Source: Alphaproteobacteria bacterium (GTDB taxonomy: Bacteria; Pseudomonadota; Alphaproteobacteria; Rickettsiales; UBA8987). From it: a stretch of DNA of 64,000 nt. Positions 59,291-64,000 of this stretch are shown in pieces. The stretch's first letter is position 1. Each line of letters starts with the position of its first letter. The position numbers and the translations under genes were made by a program. The notes under the pieces are model-generated. The model saw only the letters and a list, made by a program, of their open reading frames with translations, was not told the DNA's origin and did not search any database. The stretch is taken from the NCBI GenBank assembly GCA_030429725.1, contig JAUIEX010000001.1:3684-67683 (forward strand), in the 5' to 3' direction.

Positions 59291-59886
59291 GCTTCCAGCG
59301 CTGAATTCTCCAACCCCTGCCATCTTTTAACCTTCAGCATCGGCACTTCCAGATCGAACATATCCAGCACCCGCGCCACGGTGTGATTCACTAAATCATC
59401 TATTTTTTCCGGCTTACTATAAAAAGCCGGCACCGGCGGGGCAATCACCGCACCCATATCGGATAAGGTCACCATATGCCTTAAATGCACGGATGTCAGC
59501 GGCGTTTCCCGCGGCAATAAAATAAGCCGCCGCCGCTCTTTAAGCATCACATCCGCCGTGCGGGAAAGTAAATTTGCACTATAGCCCAACGCAATTTCTG
59601 CCAGTGTCTTCATCGAACAGGGAGCAACCACCATCCCCATCATTTTAAATGAACCGCTGGCGGTGCAGGCGCCCACATCCCCAATCGCATAGCTATGCGC
59701 AGCCTTGGCCTGCACCTCGGAAACGGATAGTCCCACCTCCTGCTTCACTGTCAGCGCTGCGGCCTTGGTCATCATCAGATGCGTTTGCACGCCCGCCTCC
59801 GCCAATGCCTCCAGCAACCGCACACCATAAACCGCGCCCGAAGCACCGGTGATGCCCACTGCCAGATGTTTTATCTCATTCCCCAT
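59287..59886 (-). CDS. ubiX: Flavin prenyltransferase UbiX
   Basis: GITGASGAVYG N-terminus, flavoprotein fold. ATG at 59886 preferred. Confidence 0.88.
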   Translation of the reverse strand: MGNEIKHLAVGITGASGAVYGVRLLEALAEAGVQTHLMMTKAAALTVKQEVGLSVSEVQAKAAHSYAIGDVGACTASGSFKMMGMVVAPCSMKTLAEIALGYSANLLSRTADVMLKERRRLILLPRETPLTSVHLRHMVTLSDMGAVIAPPVPAFYSKPEKIDDLVNHTVARVLDMFDLEVPMLKVKRWQGLENSALEA

Positions 59887-59961
59887 AATTTCTACCCACA
59901 GATGCTTGACATTCATTTCTCAGCCTTCAATATAAGCAAAAAAATAAAGGTGAACAGGATT

Positions 59962-60462
59962 ATGAAAATCATTACAGTTATTTTAAGTGGGCTTCTTATC
60001 ATTGCCGGCAGCGCCAACGCACAGTCACTGGATAGCACCCATAAAAACTGGAATGTCTTTACCATCAATCAAACCGGTAAAAAAATCTGCTACATGACCT
60101 CCGTTCCAACCGATAAAAAGGGCAATTACCGCCGCCGGAACGAGCCTTATGCCCTCATTACCTACCGTGGCAATAACGTCTCCGAAGTCAGCTTTTCCTC
60201 CGGATATCCTTATAAAAAGAACGGCATTGTGAAGCTGGATGTGGAAGGCAAAATAAAGAGCGACCTTTTCACCACGGAAGAAACCCCCCGCATTGCCTGG
60301 GCGAAGGATGCCGCGGAGGATAAGAAACTGGTTGAAGCAATGAAGGCCGGCTCCAAGATGACCGTGCGTGGTGATTCCCGCCTTAAAACCTACTCTATCG
60401 ACACCTACAATCTCTCCGGCTTCACCGCCGCGTATGAGCGTATGATCAAGGTCTGCAATTAA
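59962..60462 (+). CDS. Invasion-associated locus B (IalB) family periplasmic protein
   Basis: Signal peptide ...AGSANA. W-x-V-x...C pattern (KNWNVFTINQTGKKICYM). ~166 aa. Confidence 0.75.
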   Translation: MKIITVILSGLLIIAGSANAQSLDSTHKNWNVFTINQTGKKICYMTSVPTDKKGNYRRRNEPYALITYRGNNVSEVSFSSGYPYKKNGIVKLDVEGKIKSDLFTTEETPRIAWAKDAAEDKKLVEAMKAGSKMTVRGDSRLKTYSIDTYNLSGFTAAYERMIKVCN

Positions 60463-60515
60463 TTTTCTCGACTCACTGATTGATTCTTCATCCCCATTGT
60501 CTTTATGATGGCAGG

Positions 60516-61184
60516 ATGTGGATTCTTGCCGCCGACACCTGTTTTCCAACACCCTCCGTTGCCCTGATGCATCAGGGCAGGTTAGTGGAAACCGCCTTCT
60601 GTGAAAGCAAGCAACACACGGTGGAGCAGCTGGTGCCGCATATGGCAGCCATCCTTGAAAAACACCATCTCAGCACCGCCGATATCGCCCTGATGGCGGC
60701 CACCATCGGCCCCGGCGGGTTCAGCGGCGTCCGGCTGGCAATGACAGCCATCAAAGGCTATGCCCTGCCTCATGGCACGCCAACCTCAGGGTTCACGTCG
60801 CTGGAAGTGCTGGCCTTCGCCGTTAAGCAATCATCTCAGCATCACGCCGCCACCATCGCGCTGAATGCCGCACGCGGGCAATGTTATGTTCAGTCCTTTG
60901 ATCTGCAACCTGCCACACCCGAAGCAACCGATACCATCGCGCTGGTGGATTATGCCGCTATCCCGTCCCACACGCAAAATCCGATCTTTACCGATGCCGA
61001 AGCATCCATCGGGCACAACGCGCAGATTTTTCCGCTGCCGGAAAGCTCCGCCGCCACACTGGCCGCTTTATGCCATCAACGGCACATGTCCGGGCAACAG
61101 GCACAGAAACTTGGCGTTCCGCTGCATATTCGCCCGGCCGACGCAAAAGCCGCAAAAGCCCCCCTCATCTATGGAGCAGCCTGA
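60516..61184 (+). CDS. tsaB: tRNA t6A37 modification protein TsaB
   Basis: ILAADT...SVAL N-terminus and GPGGFSGVRLAMTAIKG motif. tsaB-rimI synteny. Confidence 0.85.
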   Translation: MWILAADTCFPTPSVALMHQGRLVETAFCESKQHTVEQLVPHMAAILEKHHLSTADIALMAATIGPGGFSGVRLAMTAIKGYALPHGTPTSGFTSLEVLAFAVKQSSQHHAATIALNAARGQCYVQSFDLQPATPEATDTIALVDYAAIPSHTQNPIFTDAEASIGHNAQIFPLPESSAATLAALCHQRHMSGQQAQKLGVPLHIRPADAKAAKAPLIYGAA

Positions 61185-61185
61185 T

Positions 61186-61638
61186 ATGGAGCAGCCCTTT
61201 TATATTCGCCCCATTGAAGAAAAAGACATCTCCGGGCTGGCCACCTTACACAGCGCCTGCTTCACCAAAGATTGGGGACAAAAAGAATTAAGAAACTTGC
61301 TGGATCATGGGGTGATCGGCTTTGTTGCCACCGATGATAACGCCACCATCTGCGGCTTTGTGCTGGCGCGTATTGTGCTGGATGAGGCCGAGATTATCTC
61401 CATCGGCGTGCTACCGGAAAAACGGAAACATGGCCTGGCCGAAAACATGATGCGCCATTTGCTGGCGCATGAAGCCTGCGTTGATGTGCGCGCGCTCTTC
61501 ATTGAGGTGGAAGCCTTCAATGACGCGGGAAAACGCCTCTATGAGAAGCTTGGCTTTCAACGCACCGGCTCCCGCAAAGGCTATTATGAAATTGCCGGAC
61601 AGCGGATTGATGCGATCACCATGACACTCACCTTATAA
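61186..61638 (+). CDS. rimI: Ribosomal-protein-alanine N-acetyltransferase (GNAT)
   Basis: GNAT motif A (VLPEKRKHGLAENMMRHLL). An alternative in-frame ATG exists at 61171. Confidence 0.85.
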   Translation: MEQPFYIRPIEEKDISGLATLHSACFTKDWGQKELRNLLDHGVIGFVATDDNATICGFVLARIVLDEAEIISIGVLPEKRKHGLAENMMRHLLAHEACVDVRALFIEVEAFNDAGKRLYEKLGFQRTGSRKGYYEIAGQRIDAITMTLTL

Positions 61639-61656
61639 AACTGCTATACTTCGCTT

Positions 61657-63378
61657 ATGGCCGATATCAAAGAACCTCAGAAAAACCCCCTGGTAAGGGT
61701 TATTGTACTGTTCAGCGCGGCAATGCTGCTGCTGAATATCGGCATTATCGTCAAGCGTGCTTATACCAGCTACGACTCCACGATTGAGAATGGCATGACG
61801 GAATCCGAGCGGATTGCCCGCACCGTGGCCGATCATACCCGCCTGACCTTTCTTGGTGTGGATCTGGTCTTAAAACGCGCCATTGAGCGCCAGTATTTCA
61901 ATGCCTTATTTGGAAAAACACTCAATCAGGATATCAACCTGAACCTGTTTAACTGGACAACGGAAACGCCGCAAATTGCTGCCATGTTAATGACGGATAA
62001 AGACGGTGAAATTCAGGCCATGGCGCGCAAACCACTTTTTCAGACATGGCTGGAAGGCACAACATCCGTTGCCAATCGCAGTTTCTTTTCCGCACATCTT
62101 GACCATAGCGATAGCGAGTATTTTCACATTAGCTGGCAACAAAGCTGGATGCAGAATCAGGAAGACTTCATTGTTATTTCCCGCCCGATTACCAATCTTG
62201 ACGGCACATTTGGCGGGGTGGTGGCCGCTGCTATCCCCAGCAACTATATCCTTAACTTCTTTCACAGCATCGATAATTATAGCCATACTCAGATGGCGCT
62301 GTTTCATGTGGATGGCAGTATTCTGGCGGATGCGCTGGATAGCGAGATGGAAATGGCCACCATTAAAAGCATCGTCAATGACGAAAACCTGCTGAAAGTT
62401 CCCAAGCAACATACCATCCTGTTGCAGGCGGCGGAAGGCACGCCTCTCAGAGCCATTGCATCACACCCCATCCCAAGCCTTGACCTGCTGATTACCGTCA
62501 TTGTTTCCGGGGACGATATCTTCACCCGCTGGGACGAGGAGCGCGTCAATGACATCCTCTTCCTGATGGTGTTTGTGCTGTTTGCACTGGTCATTTCTCT
62601 ATTTGCACTGGCCGTGGCGCGGCAAATGCATCGCGTTAAACTCAGCGAGACATCCGCCGTGATGGCCAATCAGGCAAAATCCGAGTTTCTGGCCAATATG
62701 AGCCATGAACTTCGCACGCCACTAAACGCTATCATCGGATTTTCTGAAATGCTTGGCTCCGGCTTTTTCGGTAATATCAACGGCAAACAGAAAGAGCGCC
62801 TGATTGACATCCATGATTGCGGCACGCACCTGCTTTCATTGATTAATGACATTCTTGAATTTTCAAAAGCCGATGCCGGCAAGCTGGACCTGCACGCCGT
62901 AAAAATGGATGTTTGCGCCATTGCCCAGCAATCCGTACGTATGTTCATGGAAAAAGCCGCCAGAGACGGCATTGGTCTAAGCTTCATCAGCCAGCCGGAA
63001 TCCATCCCGTTGATGGCCGATGAGCGAAAGATTAAGCAAATCTTCCTGAACCTTATTTCCAATGCCATGAAGTTCACCGAAGCCGGCGGGGAGATTGAAG
63101 TCAGCTGCATTCTGGAAAATAACGCCGCCATTCTTACCGTGGCGGATACCGGCATCGGCATGAAGGAATCGGATATTCCCAAGGCACTTTCCCCTTTCAG
63201 TCAGGTGCATCAGGAACACGCCGCCGGCGGCACCGGCTTAGGGCTGCCACTGTGCAAAATGTTTGCCGAACTGCATGGCGGCACGCTTTATATCCAAAGC
63301 GTTGTGGGCGTTGGCACAAAGGTTAGCATTCACCTGCCTGCGGAGCGCACGCTCAAATCTCTCATGCGCGAAAAATAA
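61657..63378 (+). CDS. Sensor histidine kinase with a periplasmic (Cache-like) sensor domain; no cognate regulator adjacent
   Basis: Two TM helices flanking a ~270-aa loop. H-box SHELRTPLNAI, N-box LISNAMKFT, G1 DTGIGM, G2 GGTGLGLPL. Confidence 0.88.
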   Translation: MADIKEPQKNPLVRVIVLFSAAMLLLNIGIIVKRAYTSYDSTIENGMTESERIARTVADHTRLTFLGVDLVLKRAIERQYFNALFGKTLNQDINLNLFNWTTETPQIAAMLMTDKDGEIQAMARKPLFQTWLEGTTSVANRSFFSAHLDHSDSEYFHISWQQSWMQNQEDFIVISRPITNLDGTFGGVVAAAIPSNYILNFFHSIDNYSHTQMALFHVDGSILADALDSEMEMATIKSIVNDENLLKVPKQHTILLQAAEGTPLRAIASHPIPSLDLLITVIVSGDDIFTRWDEERVNDILFLMVFVLFALVISLFALAVARQMHRVKLSETSAVMANQAKSEFLANMSHELRTPLNAIIGFSEMLGSGFFGNINGKQKERLIDIHDCGTHLLSLINDILEFSKADAGKLDLHAVKMDVCAIAQQSVRMFMEKAARDGIGLSFISQPESIPLMADERKIKQIFLNLISNAMKFTEAGGEIEVSCILENNAAILTVADTGIGMKESDIPKALSPFSQVHQEHAAGGTGLGLPLCKMFAELHGGTLYIQSVVGVGTKVSIHLPAERTLKSLMREK

Positions 63379-63436
63379 AATACTGCACCGCAGCGCAAAG
63401 GCGCTTGTCATCCCATCAGCACTTCGCTACACCGTA

Positions 63437-63940
63437 ATGGTGGATGCGCTTACCATACATAGTTATTTCGTTGAATATCCGGAATCAAAATGGCTGGTGG
63501 CCGCCGCTGTCTTTTTCCTTATTGAAGTGCTGATAATTCCCGGTGTGGGCATGTTCTTTGCCGCGCTGGCGGCCTTAATGCTCGGCACGCTCATCCTGCT
63601 GGGCGTGGTGGCAACGGATTCTTTCACGCTGGAGGTGGCCATCTGGTTTGGCCTGACAGTGTTCTGGGCGGCAGTGCTGTGGAAACCCCTGAAAAACATG
63701 CGCTCTAAAAACACCGAAGATAATGATGTGTATCGTGGAACATCCGCCACGGTGGAGCGCGAACCGTTAAGAAGAGGTGAAACCGGCATGATCCGCTGGA
63801 GCGGCAGCAGTTCTCGCGCAATGTTGCGTGCGGAAAGTGAGCATGCGTTTTTAGATGTTGGCCAGAAATGCTGGGTGTGGGAAAAACAAGGCGCTTATCT
63901 GATTGTGGATGCTGCCATACCACCAAAACAAAATCATTAA
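63437..63940 (+). CDS. NfeD-family membrane protein
   Basis: Three N-terminal TM helices plus a C-terminal OB-like soluble domain (GTSATVEREPLRRGETGMIRWSGSS). Confidence 0.72.
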   Translation: MVDALTIHSYFVEYPESKWLVAAAVFFLIEVLIIPGVGMFFAALAALMLGTLILLGVVATDSFTLEVAIWFGLTVFWAAVLWKPLKNMRSKNTEDNDVYRGTSATVEREPLRRGETGMIRWSGSSSRAMLRAESEHAFLDVGQKCWVWEKQGAYLIVDAAIPPKQNH

Positions 63941-63959
63941 TTTTCAAAAGGATTCTACC

Positions 63960-64000
63960 ATGACAGACCCCGGATCATTGCTTCTTTTTGTCATCACCTT
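63960..64000 (+). CDS. Start of a gene truncated by the window edge; possibly the SPFH/flotillin partner of NfeD
   Basis: ATG at 63960, then MTDPGSLLLFVIT... The call rests only on the usual nfeD-SPFH pairing. Confidence 0.25.
   Translation, partial: MTDPGSLLLFVIT

Noticed and set aside
61171-61196. Tandem ATGGAGCAGCC...ATGGAGCAGCC duplication at the tsaB/rimI junction, creating two in-frame rimI starts
   Set aside because: It is real in the sequence, but it is an 11-nt micro-duplication with no evident consequence beyond start-site ambiguity.

Overview
About 64 kb of chromosome that looks alphaproteobacterial in gene content and order: rpoH, hflK-hflC-htrA, atpH-atpA-atpG, nusB-thiL, tsaB-rimI, an IalB-family protein and a class II DAHP synthase. 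Core genes run roughly 55-60% G+C by hand count. I call about 70 CDS, nearly all housekeeping: thiamine, purine and lipoate synthesis, murA/murB, ATP synthase, proteases, translation factors, plus an LPS/lipid A remodelling cluster. By eye I found no rRNA, tRNA, CRISPR array, integrase or transposase. No clear multi-gene novel system stands out. The unusual content is small-scale genome parasitism and patchwork. (1) A G/C-tract palindromic element family is inserted in frame and apparently translated inside two conserved enzymes, thiC and an acyl-CoA dehydrogenase. (2) AT-rich single-ORF cassettes sit directly behind the stop codons of housekeeping genes. Two of them are bracketed by duplications of the host gene's 3' end (thiC 27-30 bp, thiL 63 bp perfect). 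A third splits atpA from atpG. (3) A 105-bp MITE-like perfect-stem palindrome has a solo arm 26 kb away. (4) There are two type II toxin-antitoxin pairs, BrnT/BrnA and MntA/HepT. (5) A CheY-like regulator is coupled to an Hpt-like protein lacking the phospho-His. (6) A large repetitive RTX-like secreted protein is present. The atp operon also lacks atpD/atpC downstream of atpG. All functional calls come from motif recognition in the supplied translations; no database search was possible.
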